DNA of 38,551 nucleotides. It comes from Cytophagales bacterium. GTDB lineage: Bacteria > Bacteroidota > Bacteroidia > Cytophagales > Spirosomataceae. The stretch lies in contig JANPGQ010000311.1 of assembly GCA_031423975.1 (NCBI GenBank), positions 1 through 38,551 on the forward strand, given 5' to 3'. The position numbers and the translations under genes were made by a program. Shown piece after piece: positions 1 to 9,006 of this stretch; within the stretch, counting starts at the first letter, position 1; each line of letters starts with the position of its first letter. Under the pieces are notes generated by a model. It was given only the letters and a program-made list of their open reading frames with translations, searched no databases and was not told the origin of the DNA.

Positions 1-362
1 GGTATTTAGAAGGAGATAAATAACTTTCTGAAAATGCTCGAAATCATATTCAGAATACTCAGAATACAATTTATGCAAGTCATATTAATTTTTTTGAGAT
101 GGCTATAAAAATGAAATTAGGTAAAATTATTACTAAGAGAATCTTAGAAGAGTTTATAAAAGCAACTAAAGATAGCTTCATCGAAATATTACCAAGTGAG
201 GAGGAACATTTTACAAAATATTTAGAAATTCCTTTAATTGCTGAACACAGAAACCCTTTTGATAGACTCTTAATTGCGACTGCTGTTCATGAAAATCTAA
301 GTATTATTTCAGTTGATGAAAAGTTTGGATATTATACAGATTTGATAAAAATAATTTGGTAA
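1..362 (+). pseudogene. PIN-domain (VapC-like) toxin, 5'-truncated by the window edge, with an in-frame TAA
   Basis: The frame of ORF 99..362 extends upstream as (W)YLEGDK*LSENARNHIQNTQNTIYASHINFFEMAIK. This matches the PIN N-terminal pattern but has TAA at 21-23. The C-terminal HRNPFDRLLIATA...IISVD is typical of VapC-like PIN proteins. Confidence 0.8.
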
Positions 363-403
363 AACTTCAATTTTTATATTATTTCACAAAACCACTAAAA
401 ACT

Positions 404-1942
404 ATGCTCGCCAAAACCTTCGGAAGTGCCTTACATGGCGTTGATGCAACCATTATCACCGTTGAAGTTAGCGAAGGACAGGGGCAATTATTCTTCATTG
501 TGGGTTTGCCTGATGGGGCGGTCAAAGAATCCACCCATCGTGTGGAGTCTGCTATTAAACAGGTTGGTTATTTTTTCCCCCGTACAAAAGTTGTCGTTAA
601 CCTTGCCCCTGCGGATATTCGTAAGGAGGGTTCGGCGTATGATTTGCCCATTGCTTTGGGTGTCATCCATGCTTCGGGACAAGCTAATTTGAAGGAACTT
701 GAAAACTATGTAATTATGGGCGAATTAGCCCTTGATGGTTCGCTCAGACCCATCAAAGGGGTTTTACCTATCGCCATCGAAGCCCGAAAAAAAGGATTTA
801 AAGGCTTTATTCTCCCGACAGAAAATGCTTATGAAGCCTCTATTGTAAATAATCTGGACGTTATTGGCGTAAAAAGTTTGAAAGAAGCCGCTGAGTTTCT
901 TAGAGGTTCGCTCAAGATAGAGCCTTTGATTACGGATACTCGTGATATTTTTACCAATTCTCAGAACGATTACGATGCCGATTTTTCGCACGTACAAGGG
1001 CAAGAGAACATTAAAAGAGCCTTAGAAATCACAGCAGCGGGTGGACACAATGCGATTATGATTGGACCTCCTGGGGCGGGCAAAACCATGTTGGCGAAGC
1101 GGATTCCCAGTATTTTACCGCCACTTTCTTTGCAAGAAGCCCTTGAAACTACCAAAATTCATTCGGTAGCGGGTAAATTGGGAGCAAAAGCAAGTTTGAT
1201 TTCTACTCGTCCATATCGTTCGCCACATCATACAATTTCAGATGCGGCTTTGGTGGGTGGTGGCAGTAATCCACAACCTGGCGAAATTTCTTTGGCACAT
1301 AATGGCGTATTGTTTTTGGACGAATTACCCGAATTCAAACGGACGGCTTTGGAGGTGTTGCGTCAGCCTTTGGAAGAACGGAAAGTATGTATTTCAAGAG
1401 CCAGATGGGCAGTTGAATTCCCATCAAGTTTTATGTTGATTGCAAGCATGAATCCCTGCCCATGTGGTTATTACAATCATCCCGAAAAAGAGTGCGTTTG
1501 TGGGCCGGGCGTGGTGCAGAAGTATTTGAATAAAATTTCAGGACCACTTTTGGATAGAATTGATTTGCACGTGGAGGTTACGCCCGTGAAATTCGAGCAG
1601 TTATCTTCCATGAGAAAATCGGAAAGTTCGGCTCAAATTCGTGAGCGAGTGATTAAAGCCCGTGAAATTCAGACCGTTAGATTTAAAGATTATCCAGAAA
1701 TATATTCTAATGCCATGATGCCTTCGCAGATGGTGAAGGAAGTTTGTGTTTTGACAGAAGCAGGAATTGCCCTATTGAAAAGAGCAATGGAACGCCTCCA
1801 ACTTTCTGCCCGTGCCTACGACCGTATCTTGCGGGTAGCCCGAACCATTGCGGATTTGGCAGGTACAGAAGATATTAGAACGGAACATTTGGCAGAGGCA
1901 ATTCAATATCGGAGTTTGGATAGAGAGAATTGGGCGGGATGA
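404..1942 (+). CDS. comM: YifB/ComM family Mg-chelatase-like AAA+ ATPase (512 aa)
   Basis: Motifs VGLPD..VKES..RV, NLAPADIRKEGSAYDLPIA, Walker A GPPGAGKT, RSPHHT, GEISLAHNGVLFLDELPEF, NPCPCG and LSARAYDRILRVARTIADL. ATG at 404 is preferred to the ORF-track start at 356, which overlaps the PIN gene. Confidence 0.95.
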   Translation: MLAKTFGSALHGVDATIITVEVSEGQGQLFFIVGLPDGAVKESTHRVESAIKQVGYFFPRTKVVVNLAPADIRKEGSAYDLPIALGVIHASGQANLKELENYVIMGELALDGSLRPIKGVLPIAIEARKKGFKGFILPTENAYEASIVNNLDVIGVKSLKEAAEFLRGSLKIEPLITDTRDIFTNSQNDYDADFSHVQGQENIKRALEITAAGGHNAIMIGPPGAGKTMLAKRIPSILPPLSLQEALETTKIHSVAGKLGAKASLISTRPYRSPHHTISDAALVGGGSNPQPGEISLAHNGVLFLDELPEFKRTALEVLRQPLEERKVCISRARWAVEFPSSFMLIASMNPCPCGYYNHPEKECVCGPGVVQKYLNKISGPLLDRIDLHVEVTPVKFEQLSSMRKSESSAQIRERVIKAREIQTVRFKDYPEIYSNAMMPSQMVKEVCVLTEAGIALLKRAMERLQLSARAYDRILRVARTIADLAGTEDIRTEHLAEAIQYRSLDRENWAG

Positions 1943-1980
1943 GTTCAGTTATTAGTAAACTTTATCAAATATCAAAAAAG

Positions 1981-2645
1981 CTACCCAATCCATGAGTAGC
2001 TTTTTTGCTTTTGTATATTCTCTGAATTACATGCCTCACAGGGCGTAAAAGCCGTTTCTATGAATTTGTGCAGATATATGAGCCTTTCTTGCATCAGTTT
2101 TGTGTAATCTTCTTCTGTGAGTCCAAGCATACTTTTTAGCATTGATTTCCCTGCCGTAGCAAAGATACAGATTGATAATAGCGTAATTAAAATCTGTTTG
2201 GAGTTGCCTTCTATTTCTCCACTTTCTATCGCTTTTTCGATGTCGTTTAGTAATAAATGGGCTGGATTTTCAATTTTTCCACTTAATAATATTCCCATCA
2301 TGGCATCGGGATTGTTATTAAACTCATTCATCAAAAAGATGTCCATTTCAGGTTCTGAACAAGATTTATCGAAATGACGTGTAGCAAACATCTGCATTTT
2401 TTCAATCATGGTAAAATTGTTTTTACCGAAAATGTCAGTTATGTTATTCGTTTGGGCAAAAATATCTTTCCAAACGGTCTCAAATAATTTCTCTTTATTT
2501 CGAAAATAATAATGCAAAGCTGTTCTACTAATACCTGCTTCATCGGCAATTTCTTGTAAACGTGTGCCAGCTAATCCTTTCCGTAAAATATCTTTTTAGC
2601 GGCTTGCTTAATTTGAGTTTCGGTATCTATAACAGCAGGAGTCAT
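1981..2645 (-). pseudogene. TetR/AcrR family regulator with a 1-nt deletion frameshift
   Basis: ATG at 2645 reads MTPAVIDTETQIKQAAKKIF then goes out of frame. Adding one base to the A4 run at 2585-2588 restores LRKGLAGTRLQEIADEAGISRTALHYYFRNKEKLF (TetR HTH), continuous with ORF 1981..2517. The span is 665 nt, i.e. 3n-1. Confidence 0.85.
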
Positions 2646-2720
2646 GGTTTTGATTTGGTGTTAAACAATTATTACCTGTGGTCATTGTTTAGCTGTACGC
2701 AAAGAAAATATCTATTCATA

Positions 2721-3389
2721 TTATTGCATAATTGGCTCTGATAGTGTTGATTCTTGGCTTACACTTTCCTTACGTTTTAGTTTGAACATAGTTCTGAAAA
2801 TAATATCCCACATCATACTGCTTACTCCGAAACCATTCTCATCGTCATTATAATGATGCACCATGTGATGATTTTTCATTTCTTGCAAAAACGAACTTTT
2901 GAATTTTGCGTGGTGCAAAGCGTAGTGCATCATATCATAGATTAAATAGCCCGAAATGAAACCCGCAAAAAACGGAAATACGTAAACATCACCCAAGACG
3001 TAGTAAAAAAGAGCATAAAAAATTGCTGCAATAGGAGCTCCCAAAAGTGGTGGCATTACCAAACGTTTTGAATCGTTTGGATAGTCATGATGAACCCCAT
3101 GCGTTAAAAAACTGATTCGTTTTCCAAGGTCGGTAGTGGCATGGTAATGAAAAACGAAGCGATGTAAAAGATATTCTGCCAATGTCCAAAATGCTATTGC
3201 TACAACAAATAAACCGATGGTTTGAAGTATTGAAACGCCACTGGTAAAGCCCCGATAAAGGGAATAAATCACTACTGGAACCCAAAAAATGAGGGGCGTA
3301 CTCCAATGTACTCGTGAAAATAAATTGAGAATTGGATTTTTGAAAAGACGAACAGATTCATCTTTGTTTGAGACAAATTTCTTAGCCAT
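2721..3389 (-). CDS. Fatty acid hydroxylase / sterol desaturase family membrane di-iron enzyme (FA2H/Scs7-like)
   Basis: Four His boxes (HRFVFH, HGVHH, HYALHH, HHMVHH), hydrophobic TM segments, RLVMPP and GFGVSS..WD.IF.T motifs. Confidence 0.9.
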   Translation of the reverse strand: MAKKFVSNKDESVRLFKNPILNLFSRVHWSTPLIFWVPVVIYSLYRGFTSGVSILQTIGLFVVAIAFWTLAEYLLHRFVFHYHATTDLGKRISFLTHGVHHDYPNDSKRLVMPPLLGAPIAAIFYALFYYVLGDVYVFPFFAGFISGYLIYDMMHYALHHAKFKSSFLQEMKNHHMVHHYNDDENGFGVSSMMWDIIFRTMFKLKRKESVSQESTLSEPIMQ

Positions 3390-3525
3390 AGATTTTCAGT
3401 TGATTGTTAATGATATAAAATATTAAATTTTATTGTTTGACATTTTAGTTAGTATATTGACAAAATAACTGGTTAAATAATTCCCACCAGCATAATCTTT
3501 AAAAAAAATTAATGTCAATTTCCCC

Positions 3526-4206
3526 CTAAAACATATCATCAAAAAGTACCGTAACAAATATACCAATTGACTGATTATAATATTGAAAAGTACGGTCGTC
3601 GGCTACGTTATTCAAGCCTAAACTGTATGAAATGCCTATTTGGGTGAATTTTTCTACTTGTATGCCAATACCCATATTGAAACCGTAGTCTATTCTATTT
3701 AAGCCATTGCCAAAAGTTCTTACCGTATTGCTAAACGTACTGTCTGCCCTGTTTCTTTCACTGAGCCGAACGCCTGAATAGACATTTTTACCCGTGATTC
3801 CTACGCCTAAATACGGCCCTGCCCATACGCATAATTGCGTACCAAAACTGTCACGATTTCCGAAAACATAATTCAAATTTGGACAAATGTCTAAGTAATG
3901 CAATTCAAGCGAATTTTCGGTATAAGTAGAATCCGTAAAATTGTATTTGGACTGAAAACCACGAGGACTGTAATGAATTTCGGGTTGAAAACTTAGGCTT
4001 TTAGACAGTCTATAACTAACGCCAAAACCTAAATCAACCACGGGTTTTAGTTTAATACTATTACCGAAAGGAATATTGTCGCCATAGACATTTACTGCTT
4101 TTACGCCAAACCGAAAAATGGAGCGTTCTTTTTTGAGTTGAGCAAAACAATGAGCGGTTGTAAAGAAAGATAGACAAGCAATTAGGGTTATAATGCGTTT
4201 AGACAT
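3526..4206 (-). CDS. Outer-membrane beta-barrel protein (PorT/OMP_b-brl_2-like porin family)
   Basis: Signal peptide ending CFA/Q. Motifs FRFGVK, SFQPEIHYSPRG, LHYLD, AGPYLG, DYGFNMGIG and YSLGL. C-terminal Phe. Confidence 0.75.
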   Translation of the reverse strand: MSKRIITLIACLSFFTTAHCFAQLKKERSIFRFGVKAVNVYGDNIPFGNSIKLKPVVDLGFGVSYRLSKSLSFQPEIHYSPRGFQSKYNFTDSTYTENSLELHYLDICPNLNYVFGNRDSFGTQLCVWAGPYLGVGITGKNVYSGVRLSERNRADSTFSNTVRTFGNGLNRIDYGFNMGIGIQVEKFTQIGISYSLGLNNVADDRTFQYYNQSIGIFVTVLFDDMF

Positions 4207-4326
4207 GGATAGGTTGAGTTTAGTTTTGTTAGAGTATATGCAACATAACAGAAAAAAACCATTAAACCAAGTGTCTATTTGTATTTATAACCTTTTGTTT
4301 ATCAAGCGGTAATGATAATTTAATTT

Positions 4327-5298
4327 TCACAAATTGCGAGGGTCGATGATGATACTGTCGTCTTGGGGTTTGGTAAAACGATATTTCAACATGAGTTCGT
4401 GCGAACCTATCTGCCCTTGTGTACCTATTGGTGCGTTGTAGGCATATCCAAATTGAATTTTGGAACTCACTTGTATTTGTAGAAATCCTACGAACAAATC
4501 TCCTAATCGTACATTTTTGGAAGCATCTCTGAATTGCTGATTACTACTGCGATAGGATGTTCCGAGGGTAAGTTTTTCTAATAATTCCAATTTTGCGTTA
4601 AAATCAAAAGTAGGAGGGGCGTTTTCAATCACTTTCACCAAAACCGAAGGCTCAAAGCTAATGTATCGGGTGAGTCTTGCCCGATACCCTATTTCTCCAA
4701 AATAATAGCGTACTTGTTTATTCTGCCCAGTCGAGCCATTTGTCTCGGTCAAACTCAAATCGTTGGGAATAAACTGGGGAACTGATAGTCCTATGTAAAA
4801 ATTTTGATTGTTCAAATACACTCCTGCTCCTATATTGGGCAAATATTTATTGACATTTTGGGTAAAATTTGGGTCGATAGGAGTTCCTGTATTTACGCAC
4901 GTAAGACAGGCTCTGAAATTAGTTGCTCCCGCCTGTACGCCCATGGTCAGATTCATGTTATCATCATTCAGTTTTACTTTATAGGCGTAATTCAAGAGCC
5001 CGCCCGTGCTTTTCACAATGCCCGCAATATCATTAAAAAACTGAAAACCAAGACTCACTTTTTCGCTTTTTAGTGGTAAAACTCCAATAATTGCTTGCAC
5101 CTGTGGGTCACCTTCAAAATCTGCCCCCAGCCATTGTTTTCTGTACAAAACGTTGACTTCGGGCGTAGTTATTTTGCCTATTTGAGCAGGGTTTATCGCC
5201 ATAGGATTAAAAATATATTGCGAATAAACGGCTTCTTGTTGGGCTTGAATATGATAAAATCCGAAGAGGTAAATGAGGGTAAAGAATATCTTTTTCAT
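4327..5298 (-). CDS. Type IX secretion system membrane protein, PorP/SprF family
   Basis: Signal peptide then QQEAVYSQYIFNPMAINPA, YRKQWLG, NYAYK, PNIGAGVY, YIGLSVP, EPSVLVK, LGTSYR, FGYAY and GSHELMLKYRF, the characteristic PorP/SprF motif order. Confidence 0.92.
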   Translation of the reverse strand: MKKIFFTLIYLFGFYHIQAQQEAVYSQYIFNPMAINPAQIGKITTPEVNVLYRKQWLGADFEGDPQVQAIIGVLPLKSEKVSLGFQFFNDIAGIVKSTGGLLNYAYKVKLNDDNMNLTMGVQAGATNFRACLTCVNTGTPIDPNFTQNVNKYLPNIGAGVYLNNQNFYIGLSVPQFIPNDLSLTETNGSTGQNKQVRYYFGEIGYRARLTRYISFEPSVLVKVIENAPPTFDFNAKLELLEKLTLGTSYRSSNQQFRDASKNVRLGDLFVGFLQIQVSSKIQFGYAYNAPIGTQGQIGSHELMLKYRFTKPQDDSIIIDPRNL

Positions 5299-5324
5299 AT
5301 TTCAGTTATCAGTAAATTTGTTTG

Positions 5325-5370
5325 TAAAAATAAAAGTGTTGATTTTCAATGAATTGACTATCAACACTTT
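5325..5370 (-). terminator. Hairpin plus T-rich tail between the 810-aa gene and porP
   Basis: Arms aaagtgttgat (5333-5343) and atcaacacttt (5360-5370) with inner tcaat/attga pairing. On the minus strand it runs into TTTTATTTTT. Confidence 0.6.
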
Positions 5371-5404
5371 CTGTGATTTTTCTGATTTTAAATTTTACAA
5401 TATA

Positions 5405-7837
5405 TTATTTATTAATGCTCTTAGTTTTTACAACTGAATACGGTACACAAACATTTGGTTTACAGCAATCTACGCTAACAAATTCGGCAGGGCAACATCC
5501 TCCTGCGGGACAACTTCCGACTAAGGTAGTAAAGGTATAAGTTCCCACAGAATTTACTCTTAATGTTGATGCCGTTGCACCACTAATTACCGTTCCGTTT
5601 TTATACCATTGAATTCCTTCATAACCCGTTGGAACGGTAATATCATATTCATCACCACTTCCAGAACAGATTTCGATGGGTACATAAAAGCAAGCCGAAG
5701 CATTATCATCTTCCAATATAGGATTGGTGGTGTTACCCGTTGTGTAAGTATTGCCTGGTTTTGAATCTTTATCCACTTGGTCGCAAGTCATTACTTCTGC
5801 AACATTGAAAAAAGTGCCTTGAGCCACAGCCTGAACGGTTATCATCAAATTGATGGTTTGTTGTCCTGCTAAATTTCCAACCGTCCAAATACCCGTAGAT
5901 GAATTATAAGTACCTGTAGAAGTAGCATAAGTTTTAAACAAAACACCTGCTGGCATATAGTCTTTTACACTAACACCCGTTGCTAAATTTGTACTTTGGT
6001 TAGTTAATGAAATGGTATAGGTAATTAAATCACCAATGATAGATTTTTTCTGATTAACCGTTTTTATCAAGGCTAAATCAACTTCTACCTGTGGATTAAC
6101 TATTCCTGTTACCGTGAAAACAGCCCAAGCACTAACGCACTGATTGTTGGTGTTACAAGCCTGATATTGAATAGAGTCTTTACCTACATAACCCGTTGTG
6201 GGCGTATAAGTAAATGCACCATTAGTTGATAAAGTAATACCACCATGGAGTGGTGTTGGTAATGGAGATATTTTCACCGTTAAAGTACCCGCCGGGGTAT
6301 CATTGGCTAATACATTTCCAGAAACTGGGGTATTTACTGGCGTTGAATAAACATCACGTACTGCCACAGGTGCAGTGCTGGTAACGGTGAAAACCGCCCA
6401 AGCTTTTACGCATACATTGTTTACATCGCAAGCCTCATATTGAATAGAATCTTTGCCTACATAACCTGTTGTGGGCGTGTAAGTGAAAGCACCGCTGGTT
6501 GATAAGGTCAAACTGCCATGTAGTGGAGTGGGGAATGGTGATATTTTCACGGTTAAACCTCCGCTTGGTGTATCGTTGTCAAGTACATTTCCAGAAACTG
6601 GCGTGTTGAAAGGCGTTGAATACACATCACGATTTGCCACAGGTTGTACTGGTGGAGGACCCACCGTTGTGAAAACCGCATAAGCCTTTACACATACATT
6701 ATTGCCATTGCAGGCTTCGTATTGAATAGAGTCTTTGCCTACATAGCCCGTTGTAGGAGTATAAGTAAAAGCACCATTGGTCGATAAAGTTAAACTGCCA
6801 TGTAGTGGAGTGGGGAATGGTAAAATTTTCACGGTTAAACCTCCATTTGGTGTATCGTTGGCAAGTACATTTCCAGAAACTGGCGTGTTGAAAGGCGTTG
6901 AATACACATCACGATTAGCTACCGGTGCGGGTCCTGTTACGGTAATAATAATATAGGCTTTATCACAAACACTTCCTGCATCACAGGCTTCGTATTGAAC
7001 GGAGTCTTTACCTACATATCCCGTTGAAGGGGTATAGGTAAATGCTCCCGTTGAAGACATCGAAATACTGCCATGAAGTGGCGTGCCTAATGAGGATATT
7101 TTGACGGTTAAACCCGTTGCTGGAATATCATTGGTGAGAGCATTGCCCGAAACGGCTGTATTAATAGTGGTACTGATATTATCATTAACCGCATCCACAG
7201 TAGGATTAGTACAAAGCGTGTTTAAACAAACGTTATAGCTTTCAAAAACGCCCCCTGCTGGTACAGTTGGGTTACTATAATCGTAAGGATCAGGCGTGAT
7301 TACGATGATTTCGTTCATTCCTGTTACGGGAAAATCCGTATTGGTGTTGTCGGTATGCCATTTAAAATTGACACATCCATCTCCTTTCACAATATCAAAT
7401 TGAATGCAAGCAATGGTGATATAAGCTGTTCCTACTTGTTTAGCACCTGCATTACTGCCTGAATATAAAACATTTAGAGATACCAATCCCATTGTGCCAT
7501 CAGCACTAAGTTTTGACCCCGTTAAGGTTTGAGTTCCGTAGTTGGAATCACTGGCGGGAGCGGCATTCGAGAAATTTTCTTGGCTAATGTTTTTAGGATT
7601 ATTTACAACAGTGGCGTCATAATCAAAACGGAAATTTCCGTCTCCTAATTTGAACGTCGAGTTGGCATCGTGTGCTTTTACCTGTACCTGCAAGACTACT
7701 TTCTTGGTGATACAGTCACTACTTTTTAGTTTGAGTCTAACATCAAACTTTCCATTTGGCGTTGTTTGTGCAATAGACGGCATTGCCCAAAGCAATACCA
7801 TCAGACAAGTTAAAGTGGCGGCTAAAACTTTTCTCAT
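5405..7837 (-). CDS. Secreted 810-aa protein: cohesin-like N-domain, 4 Big_9/cadherin-like Ig repeats, DUF11 domain, Cys-rich C-tail
   Basis: Signal peptide SIA/Q. Repeats of PVA.RD.YSTP.NTPVSGNVL.ND...GAFTYTP.TGYVGKDS.QY.AC. DUF11 pattern VDLALIKTV...GDLITYTI.LTN...ATGVSVKD.MPAG...WTVGNL. Ends CPAGGCCP...CCKPNVCVPYSVVKTKSINK. No type A or type B CTD seen. Confidence 0.85.
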   Translation of the reverse strand: MRKVLAATLTCLMVLLWAMPSIAQTTPNGKFDVRLKLKSSDCITKKVVLQVQVKAHDANSTFKLGDGNFRFDYDATVVNNPKNISQENFSNAAPASDSNYGTQTLTGSKLSADGTMGLVSLNVLYSGSNAGAKQVGTAYITIACIQFDIVKGDGCVNFKWHTDNTNTDFPVTGMNEIIVITPDPYDYSNPTVPAGGVFESYNVCLNTLCTNPTVDAVNDNISTTINTAVSGNALTNDIPATGLTVKISSLGTPLHGSISMSSTGAFTYTPSTGYVGKDSVQYEACDAGSVCDKAYIIITVTGPAPVANRDVYSTPFNTPVSGNVLANDTPNGGLTVKILPFPTPLHGSLTLSTNGAFTYTPTTGYVGKDSIQYEACNGNNVCVKAYAVFTTVGPPPVQPVANRDVYSTPFNTPVSGNVLDNDTPSGGLTVKISPFPTPLHGSLTLSTSGAFTYTPTTGYVGKDSIQYEACDVNNVCVKAWAVFTVTSTAPVAVRDVYSTPVNTPVSGNVLANDTPAGTLTVKISPLPTPLHGGITLSTNGAFTYTPTTGYVGKDSIQYQACNTNNQCVSAWAVFTVTGIVNPQVEVDLALIKTVNQKKSIIGDLITYTISLTNQSTNLATGVSVKDYMPAGVLFKTYATSTGTYNSSTGIWTVGNLAGQQTINLMITVQAVAQGTFFNVAEVMTCDQVDKDSKPGNTYTTGNTTNPILEDDNASACFYVPIEICSGSGDEYDITVPTGYEGIQWYKNGTVISGATASTLRVNSVGTYTFTTLVGSCPAGGCCPAEFVSVDCCKPNVCVPYSVVKTKSINK
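6580..6916. repeat. Near-identical intragenic tandem repeat units (282-nt period)
   Basis: The 55-nt string caagtacatttccagaaactggcgtgttgaaaggcgttgaatacacatcacgatt occurs identically at 6580-6634 and 6862-6916. Confidence 0.85.
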
Positions 7838-7883
7838 GTTTGTATATATTTAATTGAAATTTTTGGTAGTGATTGGTTATTCG

Positions 7884-7954
7884 TTTGCCTTTGTTGGAGT
7901 TTTCTCCAATAAATTGGACGGTAGCTTGTTGGATAAAACTCCAACAAGGGCAAA
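7884..7954. repeat. REP-like inverted doublet (26-bp arms, each itself palindromic)
   Basis: tttgcctttgttggagttttctccaa (7884-7909) versus ttggataaaactccaacaagggcaaa (7929-7954), 2 mismatches. It is flanked by inverted TAACCAA-type heptamers. A related copy lies at 28652-28729. Confidence 0.7.
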
Positions 7955-7997
7955 AAAATAACCCGATAACAAGTAACCAATAACCAATTCCCATTCA

Positions 7998-8912
7998 CTA
8001 ATAATTCACGGTAATGAAACGAGTGAAGTTCTTTCCGTCTGCTCGTTTCACAGCGTAATAATATGTTCCTGGACTTACGGCACGGCTATTATCAAGTCCA
8101 TCTTGATTTGGCTTACCATCCCATTCGTTTTTATAATCGTCTGCTTTGTAAATCACCCTTCCAGAACGGTCAAAAATGGTAATACCCATATTGATATTTT
8201 CAGGATTTTTGATTTCGAATTTATCATTTACTCCATCTCCATCTGGCGAAAACCCCTCTGGAATGAAGAATGATTCGTTGGTTGGCAATTTTGATTCCGC
8301 TGAACAGGTAGATGCTAAATCAATTTTGAGGCTTTCAAAAGTTCCTGTTGCTTTGATATTTTGAAGTTGGAATTCATTATCTCCATTAGCATCTTTGTTT
8401 ATCAAAACTTCGTTCATACCCGTAGCAGGGAAACTCTTTCCCAAGCCTTCTTGCCACTTGATTTCCATGACTGATTTCAAGTCCACAAGGTCGAAACTAA
8501 GGGTTGAGACGGTTAGGTATTGTGTGCTAACCTCAGTAGCACTTTCACCCAAACCACCATAAAAAGTGTTTAAAGAAACGATGCCTTCTTTCATGCGTGC
8601 TGTACTTCCATTCAAATTATGTGAGCCATAATTTTTATCGGAAATTTCACCATGAGATGAGAAAAAGCCTTGCTTTTCGAGGGTTGGATTACTGATAACT
8701 GTGGGATTGTATGCCATTCTGTAATTAGCATCACCCATTTTGAATTTTGATTTTTCATCATGAGCTTTTACTTGTACATCCACTGATAATTTTTTGGAAG
8801 CACAGTCTAATTTCTGGGTGGCGATTCTGACATCGAAAACGCCATTTTGGGCATTCACGGCATGGCTGCCGATGAGCGAAAGCCCTAATATATAAAGATA
8901 TTTTTTGTTCAT
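7998..8912 (-). CDS. 304-aa T9SS substrate: cohesin-like domain fused directly to a type B (gliding motility-associated, CHU_C) CTD
   Basis: Start MNKKYLYILG at 8912, signal peptide VNA/Q. The C-terminus FFIPEGFSPDGDGVNDKFEI...IFDRSGRVIY...YKNEWDG...PGTYYY...FITVNY is the type B CTD pattern. Confidence 0.9.
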   Translation of the reverse strand: MNKKYLYILGLSLIGSHAVNAQNGVFDVRIATQKLDCASKKLSVDVQVKAHDEKSKFKMGDANYRMAYNPTVISNPTLEKQGFFSSHGEISDKNYGSHNLNGSTARMKEGIVSLNTFYGGLGESATEVSTQYLTVSTLSFDLVDLKSVMEIKWQEGLGKSFPATGMNEVLINKDANGDNEFQLQNIKATGTFESLKIDLASTCSAESKLPTNESFFIPEGFSPDGDGVNDKFEIKNPENINMGITIFDRSGRVIYKADDYKNEWDGKPNQDGLDNSRAVSPGTYYYAVKRADGKNFTRFITVNY

Positions 8913-9006
8913 GTCCATTAATTTTTGTGCCTTGTGGCGGTTCGAGAACAAAGTTCATGGTCGGTAAGTATGTTGCAAATACCAAGCCAGTTTTAACACA
9001 GTTCTT

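Noticed and set aside
99-362. 87-aa ORF as an intact gene
   Set aside because: It is the 3' part of a PIN gene whose frame continues upstream through a stop codon.
404-1942. comM as an island integration site for the adhesin cluster
   Set aside because: comM is intact, and no integrase, transposase or att-like direct repeats were seen.
1981-2517. 178-aa ORF as a complete TetR protein
   Set aside because: It starts at a TTG within the HTH. The true start is 2645, with a frameshift.
3430-3480. Possible TetR operator upstream of the hydroxylase
   Set aside because: Only weak imperfect symmetry in very AT-rich DNA, so it is not supportable.
7743-7994. 83-aa ORF MGIGYWLLVIG
   Set aside because: It is a translation of heptamer repeats and the REP doublet, and overlaps the 810-aa gene out of frame.
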